DNA from: an uncultured Pseudobdellovibrionaceae bacterium
GTDB lineage: Bacteria; Bdellovibrionota; Bdellovibrionia; Bdellovibrionales; UBA1609
Direction of reading: 5' to 3'
Length of the DNA stretch: 64,000 nt
Assembly: GCA_963803705.1 (NCBI GenBank)
Contig: CAWDNU010000004.1
Span: 320,001 to 384,000, forward strand
In this document: one piece after another, positions 37,526 to 47,831 of the stretch
Position numbering within the stretch: position 1 is the stretch's first letter
How the letters are laid out: the number at the start of each line of letters is the position of its first letter
Program-made: the position numbers and the translations under genes
The notes under the pieces: generated by a model
What the model was told of the DNA's origin: nothing
Database searches by the model: none
The model's input: the letters and a program-made list of their open reading frames with translations, nothing else

Positions 37526-38674
37526 TCAGTCAATTTGAGGAGTATAAAGGAGGACTTCAATTTTTTCGCCGGAGTAACCAAATTTATATTTATAATAACC
37601 ATACTCTTTTTTAGATACACCCCCGGTTCCAGTGTATATCCATTCGTTTCCGGTACGCTCGGGACTAATTGATAGACTAACAAAGTTAGCGTCTAAAACT
37701 TCACTAGGAACCCTGCCAACACCGTCACCATCAATCATAATACCACCATTAAATGAAATATGCCTTATGGCTCTAAAGCCAGGGGTTTCGGGGCTATTTA
37801 ACCTATCCGGATTAGCAAAATCTGGATACCGTGGAAACATTTCTTTATTCCTAATCAAATCCTCTTCTGTAGTAGGTTTATAAAAAATTCCGCCCATAGC
37901 GGCCTTAGATATTAAACCTTGAAAACCATAATCTAGAATTAGGTCGATCAAAAATAAAAATTCTGGTTTATTGTCATGAGCAGCTGCTCTTTCGACTAAG
38001 GGTAAATGTACATGAATATACTCTCTGATAGGTGAACCAGGTTCTTCAGAAAACCTCACAATCCCGTTAGTAGCTGTTTCATTATCAATTCCATGGCCAG
38101 CCGGTCTAGTGTTAACTCTAATTACTTCATGAATGACAAGATCTGGGTAATGTGCCTTCAGGTCTGTTATTACAATTTCTAAGATACTTCCATGTATGGG
38201 TACATAGCTGTTATCAGTAATATATTTGCGATCTGCCCGAGTTACATCTGTCCAAACATCATAATTAAGTCGGTTTTTAGGTTTAGTTAGAAAACTAATA
38301 TCATTTTTGTCGTCTGAAATAAATGGATTTGAATCAAGCCCAATGACTGTGGTTGCAGACTCAAATGAGCGAAATGCGGTAATAGCGTCTGAACCAGATG
38401 CAGGATATAAAACTGTCTTCACTCCACCAAATGTTCTGCCAAGTGAACTCGTCACTTTGTTTAAGTAACTTAAAACATTATTGACAGACGTGTCTAATTC
38501 ATAATCTGCAGCATTTACCTGGTTATTTGCAAAGTTAAGAGCAGTATAAGTACTATTGGGAAAATAGAATGATTTTTGTGGATCAGAAGGAATACTTAAA
38601 TATTCTGTGCAAATTGAAGCCAATGAATTTGAATTCACTGATACAGTTAAAAAAACAAAAATTAAATATTTCAC
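37526..38674 (-). CDS. Secreted hypothetical protein with a Rossmann/SAM-binding-like motif
   Basis: Signal peptide; TVLYPASGSD..TVIGLD. Confidence 0.55.
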   Translation of the reverse strand: MKYLIFVFLTVSVNSNSLASICTEYLSIPSDPQKSFYFPNSTYTALNFANNQVNAADYELDTSVNNVLSYLNKVTSSLGRTFGGVKTVLYPASGSDAITAFRSFESATTVIGLDSNPFISDDKNDISFLTKPKNRLNYDVWTDVTRADRKYITDNSYVPIHGSILEIVITDLKAHYPDLVIHEVIRVNTRPAGHGIDNETATNGIVRFSEEPGSPIREYIHVHLPLVERAAAHDNKPEFLFLIDLILDYGFQGLISKAAMGGIFYKPTTEEDLIRNKEMFPRYPDFANPDRLNSPETPGFRAIRHISFNGGIMIDGDGVGRVPSEVLDANFVSLSISPERTGNEWIYTGTGGVSKKEYGYYKYKFGYSGEKIEVLLYTPQID

Positions 38675-39067
38675 AGAAGTCCCTAATGTTAAATAACAAC
38701 ACCTATTTTTATAGTGGCAACGTAACTAAATCAATTTTAGTAGATACAAATAGAATTTTTTCATTAGCCAAATTTGAGCTGATTTTAGGCTGTACGATTT
38801 AAGCTAAAATATAGGCCAAAGTCATTAAAATTATTTAGAACTTACTTTATCCAGTTGGTTAAAAATAAGTCTCAAATAAAGTAGTTAACATTTGAAATGT
38901 TACTTTATCATTTATTAAAGTCCACGTATCAATTTGTGGAAGCCTTGGAAATCAAAAAATAAATGAGCCTTATAACTAATACTAAAAGGCACGATAGAAA
39001 ATTGAAGTCTCAAACCAAAAAGAAGAGATTATCTTATCAAGCTCAGCAATATGAAAAGTGAACACAA

Positions 39068-39598
39068 TTAATCTACAACATTATCCACGAATTCAATATA
39101 ACCTGACCTTACTAAACTTGCTAAAGCAGTCTGCAAGTTAACTTCAGTTTTGCTAAAACAAGAAACTTCAATCGTAGCTCCGTTGTTATCATCAATAAGA
39201 GCTAAATTTATTGAATTTCTTCCAAAAGGCGTTATACCATAGCTCTCGAGATTAGTTTGCATTTGAGTTATACTTTCACCGTATTCTAAAAAACTGTTCA
39301 TCTGAGCGGAATCCGTTTGTTCAACTAGCAATCTATATAATTCTTGATCATTTAAAGAAGTAATAGGATTTTGGTTAATAGCAACACTAAACTTTCTACC
39401 AAAACTAATTATGACCTCATGCTTTGAAGGTTCAAAATAACTAACACATGGGATTCCACCCAATGAATCCATAAGCACCATTGTTTGCCCTGGACTAATA
39501 TAAAAATGGTGCCGAACCCAAGTTGCTATCAAGTCCTGCGTATTTGCATTTGCAATGGAAGTAAAAAAAACTAAAGAACAAAATAATAAACGTTTCAT
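39068..39598 (-). CDS. Secreted hypothetical protein
   Basis: Signal peptide ANA|N; GGAG RBS. Confidence 0.7.
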   Translation of the reverse strand: MKRLLFCSLVFFTSIANANTQDLIATWVRHHFYISPGQTMVLMDSLGGIPCVSYFEPSKHEVIISFGRKFSVAINQNPITSLNDQELYRLLVEQTDSAQMNSFLEYGESITQMQTNLESYGITPFGRNSINLALIDDNNGATIEVSCFSKTEVNLQTALASLVRSGYIEFVDNVVD

Positions 39599-39638
39599 AG
39601 AATCTCCTATAATCTAATAAGTTAATTTATAAAATGAT

Positions 39639-39655
39639 TTGCATAAATCATACCT
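39639..39655 (-). promoter_or_regulatory. Putative sigma54 promoter
   Basis: AGGTATGATTTATGCAA (GG-N10-GC) upstream of the gene starting at 39598. Confidence 0.45.
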
Positions 39656-39869
39656 CAAAACCCAACCCGTTAAATCAAGATAAACTAACAAAGGCATATT
39701 AAAACCTACAGTTTTACGTTTTTTGAGGTACGAGAACTGTAACTTTTACACCCCTTTTAGGAACCATTACTATTAAACGTGTGCCTAAGATTATGAGGAG
39801 CTTATCATAAGATAGATTAAGCACGGCATTTAAAACTAGAGATCAACTCTAATTTTAATAATTTTATAG

Positions 39870-41066
39870 TTATTTAGGGTAATACACTTCAGAAGGGTAG
39901 CATTTATAATAAATAGTATCCTCCCTGGTTACTAGAGGAAATTCTGAAGTTACACTATCTGCAGTAAAATTCATTACACCAAATTTACTGCCCTGGAAAA
40001 TCCCTTCGTTCATGTTAACTCTTAAGATTTCTCTATCAAAAAAAATTAATCCTGTTGTTGATAAATAGCTCCCGTGAATTAATGAAGTTACTATGTCCGA
40101 CCATATATAATTCTCGATAAAAGCAGGGGTTGATTTTAAAAGCATTCTACCATTTAGACTAAGAAATCTTATTTCAATAAAATCAGTGTCTGGTCTAAGT
40201 GGGCCTGTTCCTCCTAAATCTAGACCTTTGATACTTTGCATGTAAAAAAGGGTGTCGCCACGTCTAAGGCCAAATCGTCTTCCTCGAATAGGTTTTGTTC
40301 TTAACACACTATATTCCGAGTCAATAGGTTCTGATGATCCTTCACATAGAACTGGGGGGATTTTGTTAAGATCAACTCCAATTTCTTTTTCATTATCATC
40401 TTCGACAAATGTTGAGGTTAAATATCGTGCATATCTTGAATCTAAAACTGAACTCATCACACGATCAATCGAATAAAAAGTTTCATGAACAACTAATGAA
40501 GCCTGGTCAAAAGCACTTAGGTGATCCCAAATGTTTTTTTGAATAAGTACGGAATTAGGAGATAAGTATCTAGCCAATTGAACGATTTGACACCCGTCCG
40601 CAGGTGATAATACGTTGGCTTCATCACTAACTTCATTCAGCACAGCATTTTTAATAAAATTTCTGCCTGTTAATAGATTTAAATGGATAACTTCGAAGTG
40701 TGATTTAATTTCATTTGCGTATCCAGTTTTGCCAATTCTTTTTTGGAAAATACTTATCCAATTTTCGTAAGTTAGATTTTTTGTACGCTCTGATTCATAG
40801 TCATAATTATATAATATTTCACCTTCATATAAATCAAAGAGTTGTGCCGATTTAATATTGCCTTTTTGATCCAAGCATACCACGGCGTCACCACCACCTG
40901 ATACTGAAGGTCCCATGCTCTGATTAAAAACAAAAGCCTTGTTGCCACCGTTACTAGCATCGATCATATTATTTTTAGTATGCTTTGAACCACAGCCTAT
41001 ATTGATAAAAATGAATAAACTTATAAATAAATAATATATATTATTTATCATTTTTAACCTCTTCAC
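39870..41066 (-). CDS. GGGD-type secreted lipoprotein
   Basis: NIGC lipobox, SGGGDAVVC, LFDLYEG, CQIVQLA, ASLVVHETFY. Confidence 0.7.
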   Translation of the reverse strand: MKRLKMINNIYYLFISLFIFINIGCGSKHTKNNMIDASNGGNKAFVFNQSMGPSVSGGGDAVVCLDQKGNIKSAQLFDLYEGEILYNYDYESERTKNLTYENWISIFQKRIGKTGYANEIKSHFEVIHLNLLTGRNFIKNAVLNEVSDEANVLSPADGCQIVQLARYLSPNSVLIQKNIWDHLSAFDQASLVVHETFYSIDRVMSSVLDSRYARYLTSTFVEDDNEKEIGVDLNKIPPVLCEGSSEPIDSEYSVLRTKPIRGRRFGLRRGDTLFYMQSIKGLDLGGTGPLRPDTDFIEIRFLSLNGRMLLKSTPAFIENYIWSDIVTSLIHGSYLSTTGLIFFDREILRVNMNEGIFQGSKFGVMNFTADSVTSEFPLVTREDTIYYKCYPSEVYYPK

Positions 41067-41490
41067 TTGAATTGCTAAATATACACTTAACAGTTATTGG
41101 TCCATAATCTTCAACACCAGTATTAGCTTCTGCTGAGAGAATTTTAGCTTTTGAGTATTGGATATTTTGCCCATAGAGCGCTGTGATCGTAGAGGCATAA
41201 AGTGGAGTAAAAGTTTCAGGAATACTCCTATTAATATAAAGATCCACCCTATTAAACTGGGCGTAAACTGAAATACTTATAGAGAAACCATTGTTATAAA
41301 ATAATTGTTCATCAGCTGACACTTGTCGTCCAGTTCCGTTGCTGTATGGCACATCGCTAATTGGCACTGTTTTTAAAGTATGAACAACGGCCCCGGGCGA
41401 ATCATCATTGAGATAACATTGATACAAATCGGCTAAAGCTATGTTTGGTAGAATCAGGCCAAATAATATAAATTTTGTTTTAAGTTCCAT
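41041..41490 (-). CDS. Secreted hypothetical protein
   Basis: GAGGAG RBS before MELK; signal peptide ALA|D; two Cys. Confidence 0.65.
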   Translation of the reverse strand: MELKTKFILFGLILPNIALADLYQCYLNDDSPGAVVHTLKTVPISDVPYSNGTGRQVSADEQLFYNNGFSISISVYAQFNRVDLYINRSIPETFTPLYASTITALYGQNIQYSKAKILSAEANTGVEDYGPITVKCIFSNSSEEVKNDK

Positions 41491-41598
41491 AATTTTTCTC
41501 CTCTTGTTTAATGCTATATTTAAACTCATAAGTCCATTAACGTAAGTAAAAATTAATTAATTGTTGCTATTATTGTAAGTATTGATTACATAAATGCC

Positions 41599-42390
41599 AT
41601 GAAAGCTCTATTTCAATATAAAAATTATAGAGAACTTATAAAGAGCTTAGCTCTGAACAACGGTCTAAAACTGAAAGACATGGCTGAAGCTACAGAATGT
41701 AGTCACTCGTATTTATCTCAGGTTTTAACTGCTGAAAAAGCGAATTTAAATAAGGATCAGGCATTTAAGCTTGCCCTTAAGTTTCGTTTAGACTCTAAAG
41801 AGACAGCATTTTTCTTATTGCTAGTAGATCTGGCTAATGCTGGAACCAATGAGCTTAAGGTTCATCTAGAAAAAGAACTTGAGGACTACTACGATAAGGG
41901 CCTAAGCCCCGAGCAGGCAACATTTGAAAATTTAGTTGAATACCAGCAAGATATAATAGCCGAATACTATTCAAATTATCTTATGATAGCAACTCACATA
42001 GCAACCGCTTGTGTGCAATTTCAAACCTTGGAATCTCTGTGCTTAAGATTTCGAACTTCGAAAACGGAAATGCAAGAAGTTTTGGGTTTTTTGTTAGAGA
42101 ACCAATTTGTGTTTAAAAAAAGCGAAAAGTTTATCTACCAAGGTTTTTCAACCCACCTCAAAAAAGAAAGCGCTGTGTACAAAAGCTACCACCATAGTCT
42201 GAGAGTTAATGCATTGCTAAAAAATCAAAAATACAATTACAACTATTCATCTTTGTTCGCGCTTGAAAAAAAAGACGCGCAAGAGATAAAATCCATGCTG
42301 TTCGAGCTTATTCAAAAGAAAGAAAAATTGACGAAACAGTCAGGATCTGAAGACGTTTACCTACTGTGTGTTGATTTTCTTTTAGCTTAA
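41599..42390 (+). CDS. TIGR02147/DUF4423 family HTH protein
   Basis: LFQYKNYR, MAEA..CSHSYLSQVL HTH, YYSNY, YHHSLR, EDVYLLCVDF. Confidence 0.85.
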   Translation: MKALFQYKNYRELIKSLALNNGLKLKDMAEATECSHSYLSQVLTAEKANLNKDQAFKLALKFRLDSKETAFFLLLVDLANAGTNELKVHLEKELEDYYDKGLSPEQATFENLVEYQQDIIAEYYSNYLMIATHIATACVQFQTLESLCLRFRTSKTEMQEVLGFLLENQFVFKKSEKFIYQGFSTHLKKESAVYKSYHHSLRVNALLKNQKYNYNYSSLFALEKKDAQEIKSMLFELIQKKEKLTKQSGSEDVYLLCVDFLLA

Positions 42391-42519
42391 CCTTTCAAAT
42401 ATTAATTATATAATTTTGATTGCAACTAACCTGGAATTTGAAACGTCTCTTTCAAAAAATAAGATATTTCAAGCTTTGAAGACCGATATTTAGGCAAATA
42501 TAGAAATTATTTCATAAAT

Positions 42520-42535
42520 TGGGTTAAAAGTTGCA
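42520..42535 (+). promoter_or_regulatory. Putative sigma54 promoter
   Basis: TGGGTTAAAAGTTGCA (GG-N10-GC), 14 nt before an ATG at 42550. Confidence 0.45.
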
Positions 42536-42633
42536 GTATAAAGCGGCTAATGGCACACCATGTTAAATAAGAAATTAATAAAAGGAAAAATCAAATAAGC
42601 CAATTTCAAAAGTTTCTCTTAATATTAATTAGC

Positions 42634-44166
42634 GTGTCCTTCTTCAATCAGTTTAAAGTTTCGGCACAGAATGAGAATCCTAATTTGGTAGAACGAAATT
42701 CTGTTTTGTCTGAACATCAGCTAAATGAAAAAGCTGAACTGTTTAATTTAGTTTTAAGTCAAAACACAACATCATACGAAAGAATTTCGGCTGTGACTGA
42801 ACTTTTAACCCATTTCAACGATTATTCAGTTCTAAATTCCAATAACTTTAGACCAGATCAATGGCTCTTGGTTGTAGCTGAAGTTTCAAGTTGGGCGGGT
42901 TCAGACTCAATATTAAAGCGCGAAATATTAAGCCAACTTAAGCAATTGTCCTATGAAGAAATAAGTTCGATGGACACGCGTCTAGTAGCTACCTATTTTA
43001 ATAAGTTTCCATTTAAAGATGTTAATCAGTATTTTTTAAAAGATAGTCCAAATTATCAAATAAACTTATTCAGACAAGCCCTAATGTCCAAAAACTTTGA
43101 GTTAGCGCTAGAGCTTTCAAAAGTTTATGGCTTCGATATTAACGCGCTATCTAGCAGGGTCACTAACATTGATTTAGGAACAAATAACGAATCAAATTTT
43201 ATGACAGCAGCAAGACTTGCTCCTTCAGAATTCATAGAGCAACTCATTTTAGACCACGAATCTACCATAGACTTCAATTATTTAAATGTTCAAGGCGAGC
43301 CCGCTTTGGTTTCTGTATCTCGAAATTTAAATCTTGAAAGAATTCAGTTTGTTCTAAGAAAAACGGCTAATAAAAATATAGGTCCTGATGTCTTATATCA
43401 TAGCCTTCGGTTTGCGATGTGGCATAATGTGAATGTTGATTTCAACGAGCTGGCATATCTTTTTTTGGGTTTGAACAAAGTAGACTACAATGCAAAAAAT
43501 AGAAATGGTGAAACTCTATTAATGCAGATAATTAGTGATCATCGAATGGTAAACTTGATTAATTTAGATTTAGTTAAGGCTTTTGTTTCAGTCCAAAAAA
43601 TTAATCTAAACTTAGCAGATGTGAATAGATGTAATGTTTTATGCATGGCTATTAAAGGTAAAAACATAGAAGTTATTGATTTTATACTAAATCATGAAGG
43701 CTTGGATGAAGACTCGAAAAAGCTTGAAACTTTCAACCTACCTAGGCAACGGTTTCAAGTTGATAATAATTTTCTTATTGATCTTATAAGGCTTGAAGGA
43801 ATTCGAACAGATAGTTTAAATGATTTCGAAAAATATCAGATCATTCGTAGTTTGGTTGAATACGGCTCTTCGGAAGACCTAAGGAGTATACTGGCATCTG
43901 ATAGTCGTCTAAACTTAGAAATTATTGATTCTGGTGATTCGATTTATAGTGGCTACAATTCAATTGTTAGAACAGCTCTACGAAGGAGCAACGCTGAAAT
44001 TATAGAAGTTTTATTTGAAAGGGAAGACTTGTTTGCAAGCCAACTAGACGGCAGTTTTATTCAAACTGATAATCAAGAAGTTGCCCAAATACTTATAGAT
44101 CAGGGCTATAAATCTATGTTTTTCGGCTATATTCGGGATTTAGATTTGAAACTTTCAGACAATTAA
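42634..44166 (+). CDS. Ankyrin-repeat protein (true start probably upstream; possible early nonsense codon)
   Basis: NAKNRNGETLLM, NLADVNRCNVLCMAIKGKNIEVIDFIL, NVQGEPALV repeats. Confidence 0.75.
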   Translation: MSFFNQFKVSAQNENPNLVERNSVLSEHQLNEKAELFNLVLSQNTTSYERISAVTELLTHFNDYSVLNSNNFRPDQWLLVVAEVSSWAGSDSILKREILSQLKQLSYEEISSMDTRLVATYFNKFPFKDVNQYFLKDSPNYQINLFRQALMSKNFELALELSKVYGFDINALSSRVTNIDLGTNNESNFMTAARLAPSEFIEQLILDHESTIDFNYLNVQGEPALVSVSRNLNLERIQFVLRKTANKNIGPDVLYHSLRFAMWHNVNVDFNELAYLFLGLNKVDYNAKNRNGETLLMQIISDHRMVNLINLDLVKAFVSVQKINLNLADVNRCNVLCMAIKGKNIEVIDFILNHEGLDEDSKKLETFNLPRQRFQVDNNFLIDLIRLEGIRTDSLNDFEKYQIIRSLVEYGSSEDLRSILASDSRLNLEIIDSGDSIYSGYNSIVRTALRRSNAEIIEVLFEREDLFASQLDGSFIQTDNQEVAQILIDQGYKSMFFGYIRDLDLKLSDN

Positions 44167-44238
44167 CACCAAAGCGCTACTCTTTTCTGAAGCAATGCCT
44201 ACAGAAAAAGTAATAAATTGTTGGTATGACTATTAATT

Positions 44239-46170
44239 ATGATTAATTCTGTGAAATTTTTATTTGTTTTTCTTTTTGCAGTTCAAAATTTTGGCCATGC
44301 CAATGAGTGTAGTGATTTTCTACTAAATTCTAAAACACAAACAATTTTAGAAGCTACTAAGTCTAGACTTTTACTTCATCATCACAATAGAAATAGGGAT
44401 TATGTTTTTTCAGAATATCATTCTAATATTAAGCCAGAGTCTATCGCTTCGCAACGACAAGTTAATATCGATACCTTTTCTGAGGCTATCGATCTGAGAT
44501 ATACATTAGGTACTGACTTAGATATTGAGAAAGGTCCCTTATTTGGTCACACAATTCTACTTGATAAACCAACAAGAGAACTCAGATCAAGCTCTACTCG
44601 TTGGACAACAGGTTTATTAGAGCTTAGGAAAAAAAGACTAGCGTTAATAAGTAGAAATTACACAAGGCGATCCTGGGATGAAGACTTTGTCTCTAAAGTT
44701 ACAAAAAGTATAACTGATGACACTTACCGATCACAAAGTGTCATTGTCTTCGACAAACATGAATATGGCAGAACTCCAAATGTTCCGGCTAATAGTAAAG
44801 CCATCGGGTCTGTTCGATTAATATACGCTCCTTATATTCACCTTTTAGTTGATAACAAGGAAGTTTTATACCCTTTGCCATTCAAGAGAACAAAAGTACC
44901 TACCAAAATTCTAGAAAAGTTAGGTTTAGGAATTGAAAACAGCGAACTAACACAAGTAAAATCAAAAATTACCTGGGATGATTTAAATAATGCACAATTT
45001 GAGCTATTACCCGTAGAAGAGTTTTTTAATACTCAAATTAAAAGAGAACGCTTAAACCCCTTCACTTTTCAAATACAAATTGATGGCGTTATGTACCAAG
45101 CTAGTCTTAGTTATATAACTGAGGTGAGTAGCTTTTCCATTGAAAGAAACCTACCAGAAGATGAAAGAAATATGGTTTTAGCTGAATTATTATATGGGCT
45201 AAATAGGCTAATGCTAAGCGATCCTTTGTTTTGGGGCTATGAAAATGACTTTAACTACAGCGGGTATTACAACACGCCCCAGTCACAACTATTTTATCAG
45301 CCTAATATTACTCAGTTTTTTGCCTATAGCGACCGCGCAGGTAGATTAATGTATAATCGCATGGGATTTAAAAGTACTAAAACAAGTAGAACTCTTAATG
45401 AAGAAGTTTGGCAAATGCAAGAATCTGACGGTCAGTTTATATCGCATATTTTAAGATTACGTGGGGGATATACACCTTCACTATTGAGCCGAATATTTAA
45501 AACATATGAAGAAGATGCTTCAGTACACTTAAAGTATGGAATGATCTATGATTTTATAATTAGATATGCCCGTCAGCATGGTCTAGAAATTACAGCAGAA
45601 GAATTAGATTTAATTAATTCTGATTATTTTAAAATAAAATTAAACAGCTCAAATCAATCAAATATAGAGGAATTGAAGATTAAAATAGCCGCCTTAGACA
45701 ATATTTTATCATCTGATAACCTAATTGACCTTACCGGCACTAAACTGTTTGAAGAGGATCAGCAATGGGTAGAGGAAGAGGACTTAGATAACGAAAACAT
45801 ATTAGAGGGCAATGAAAACAATGACCAACAACCGATGGAAATCAGCGAACCTGAAAGGAAACTCATAGTCCAAAATACTATAAAATTACTAAAGGAAGTA
45901 GTTGTTGGCTTCGAGCGAAATATTCCAAAAATTTTAGATAACTTAGAGACTACTGCTATCAGCGAACAAAAATTAAAGAAAGAGCTTATAAAAAGCCAAA
46001 AATTATATGACAACCTATCAAGACTAATGTTTGTTTTGAAGCGTTTTTCAACTCAAACTAATAAAGATATATCAAGTATTGAACCGAATCTATATAACGA
46101 AATTAAAGAATGGATGAATATTTTAGAAACCTTAATATTGTCTTTAGAAACCAAAATAGAAAAAAATTGA
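44239..46170 (+). CDS. Secreted protein with GNAT-like central region and coiled-coil C-terminus
   Basis: Signal peptide GHA|NEC; IGSVRLI, ITEVSSFSI and MYNRMGFK resemble GNAT/LuxI-like motifs. Confidence 0.55.
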   Translation: MINSVKFLFVFLFAVQNFGHANECSDFLLNSKTQTILEATKSRLLLHHHNRNRDYVFSEYHSNIKPESIASQRQVNIDTFSEAIDLRYTLGTDLDIEKGPLFGHTILLDKPTRELRSSSTRWTTGLLELRKKRLALISRNYTRRSWDEDFVSKVTKSITDDTYRSQSVIVFDKHEYGRTPNVPANSKAIGSVRLIYAPYIHLLVDNKEVLYPLPFKRTKVPTKILEKLGLGIENSELTQVKSKITWDDLNNAQFELLPVEEFFNTQIKRERLNPFTFQIQIDGVMYQASLSYITEVSSFSIERNLPEDERNMVLAELLYGLNRLMLSDPLFWGYENDFNYSGYYNTPQSQLFYQPNITQFFAYSDRAGRLMYNRMGFKSTKTSRTLNEEVWQMQESDGQFISHILRLRGGYTPSLLSRIFKTYEEDASVHLKYGMIYDFIIRYARQHGLEITAEELDLINSDYFKIKLNSSNQSNIEELKIKIAALDNILSSDNLIDLTGTKLFEEDQQWVEEEDLDNENILEGNENNDQQPMEISEPERKLIVQNTIKLLKEVVVGFERNIPKILDNLETTAISEQKLKKELIKSQKLYDNLSRLMFVLKRFSTQTNKDISSIEPNLYNEIKEWMNILETLILSLETKIEKN

Positions 46171-46203
46171 CCAATAAGAATTAAAAGCTAAGAAACAAAC
46201 GAA

Positions 46204-46227
46204 CTTCAGGGGCTTTTAGCCCCGAGG
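46204..46227. terminator. Hairpin terminator between convergent genes
   Basis: CTTCAGGGGCT-TTT-AGCCCCGAGG. Confidence 0.65.
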
Positions 46228-46243
46228 CTATTATTTTATATTT

Positions 46244-46660
46244 TTATTTAATTTTACAAGGCACTGTAATACTTCCAGCACTTGGTTGATCTGTATCTGA
46301 AGATTGAATATTTTCGCCTAATGCAACAGTCGAAAAAGTTGAAGAATAATTTCCATCAATATCTTTAGTTATAGAAAAAGCAGTTATACTGTGAGACTTA
46401 AGTTCATCATCCTCTAAAATATTTTCAAATAAAACAGATATTTGATTTGAGTATTTTATGACTTTATAATTTGTATCACTATCTAAGTCTGTCCATTTAT
46501 TTACCTTAAAGTCAAAAACATCACCATCGAGCTCAATATTATTACTAGTGACAATAATTTCAAATGGTTCACCATCATCACAAACGTAAGTATTTGGTTG
46601 CAGTTCCGCATTGGCAAAACAAGTGTAGGTTAATAACATCGAAAATATTATTTTTTTCAT
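46244..46660 (-). CDS. Secreted hypothetical protein
   Basis: Signal peptide ANA|E; GGGGAG RBS; Cys near both ends. Confidence 0.7.
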   Translation of the reverse strand: MKKIIFSMLLTYTCFANAELQPNTYVCDDGEPFEIIVTSNNIELDGDVFDFKVNKWTDLDSDTNYKVIKYSNQISVLFENILEDDELKSHSITAFSITKDIDGNYSSTFSTVALGENIQSSDTDQPSAGSITVPCKIK

Positions 46661-46907
46661 TTAAGACTCTCCCCTTAGTTACTTCATTATTGAAGTGACT
46701 AAATTCTTACTATAATCATTTTGATAAGATTAGTGGAATTACAAAATAGTTTTAATTACATATTTAACTCATTGATATAACAGGCAAAGTACCATTTTAT
46801 GGTCCTCAATCCTACTGCAATATCAACTTAGCTAATACACAAAAATCAATCTTAATACGCTTTGCCATAAGTATGATTATGGTGATTTAAGTGCTTAATT
46901 CTCAAAT

Positions 46908-47555
46908 ATGAACAACAAAACTTTAAAACACTTTGATTTTATAATTTTCCAAGAAGCAGACATTTCAACTGCTAAAACACCCCCAGGTCAAAAAAAGGCT
47001 TTGGAAATTTTAGAAGCAGTAGCATTGTTCTTTTCTAAAAATGGTTTTGAGTTTAAAAATTTATCCCAAATTGCTAGAGAGACGGGTATAAATAGATCAA
47101 CGCTACTTAACTACTATCATTCACTGGACGACCTAAAACTAAGCTGTATAAAATACTCAAGGTTAAGTTACCAAAAATATGTAACCAATGATCTAAATTC
47201 AATTACTGATCCAATACAACGACTTGACTCATACTTTAAAAAAGTTTTCGAGTGGCCAATTTTAAATCCAACATTAGCAAGATTATGGGTTTATTTTTTG
47301 TACAAAACTACCACCGATCAAACTTATAATAACCTTAATACAGATGCAGTTAAGGTTGGCAGAAATAGATTAAGTTTTTTAATTCAAACAGTGAGAAAAG
47401 ATCTAAATGAAGTTAGTGTTCAAGATTTAAGCCTACAAATTCATACAATAATCACTGGGCACCTATGGACAGAGCAAACCACTCATCAAAAATTTTCGAC
47501 TGCTGATAGGAACAAAATTATTAAATTTTGTAAGAGTATAATTTCATGCAATTGA
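46908..47555 (+). CDS. TetR/AcrR family regulator
   Basis: ILEAVALFFSKNGF..LSQIARETGINRSTLLNYY HTH. Confidence 0.85.
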   Translation: MNNKTLKHFDFIIFQEADISTAKTPPGQKKALEILEAVALFFSKNGFEFKNLSQIARETGINRSTLLNYYHSLDDLKLSCIKYSRLSYQKYVTNDLNSITDPIQRLDSYFKKVFEWPILNPTLARLWVYFLYKTTTDQTYNNLNTDAVKVGRNRLSFLIQTVRKDLNEVSVQDLSLQIHTIITGHLWTEQTTHQKFSTADRNKIIKFCKSIISCN

Positions 47556-47831
47556 CACTTCATAACTATTTACTGAAACGATTTAAAGAGAGTGTAAAAA
47601 ATTTTGTGTATGGGCAGATATCGCCGCTTCTTGTACCAATTAGTTATCAAGTTAAGAAAATGAGCGCAATGAATTTTTAGCGTCGTGGCAAAATTTCAAA
47701 TTTAGATCAACTCAGTTCCAAGAGCTTTGGACAAATTTGTGCCTTATGGCTGGAATTAAAAGACACAATAGAACGATGAAACCTCAGACCAAAACCAAGG
47801 GTTATAGGTATAAATTGCTAGAGGATCATAG

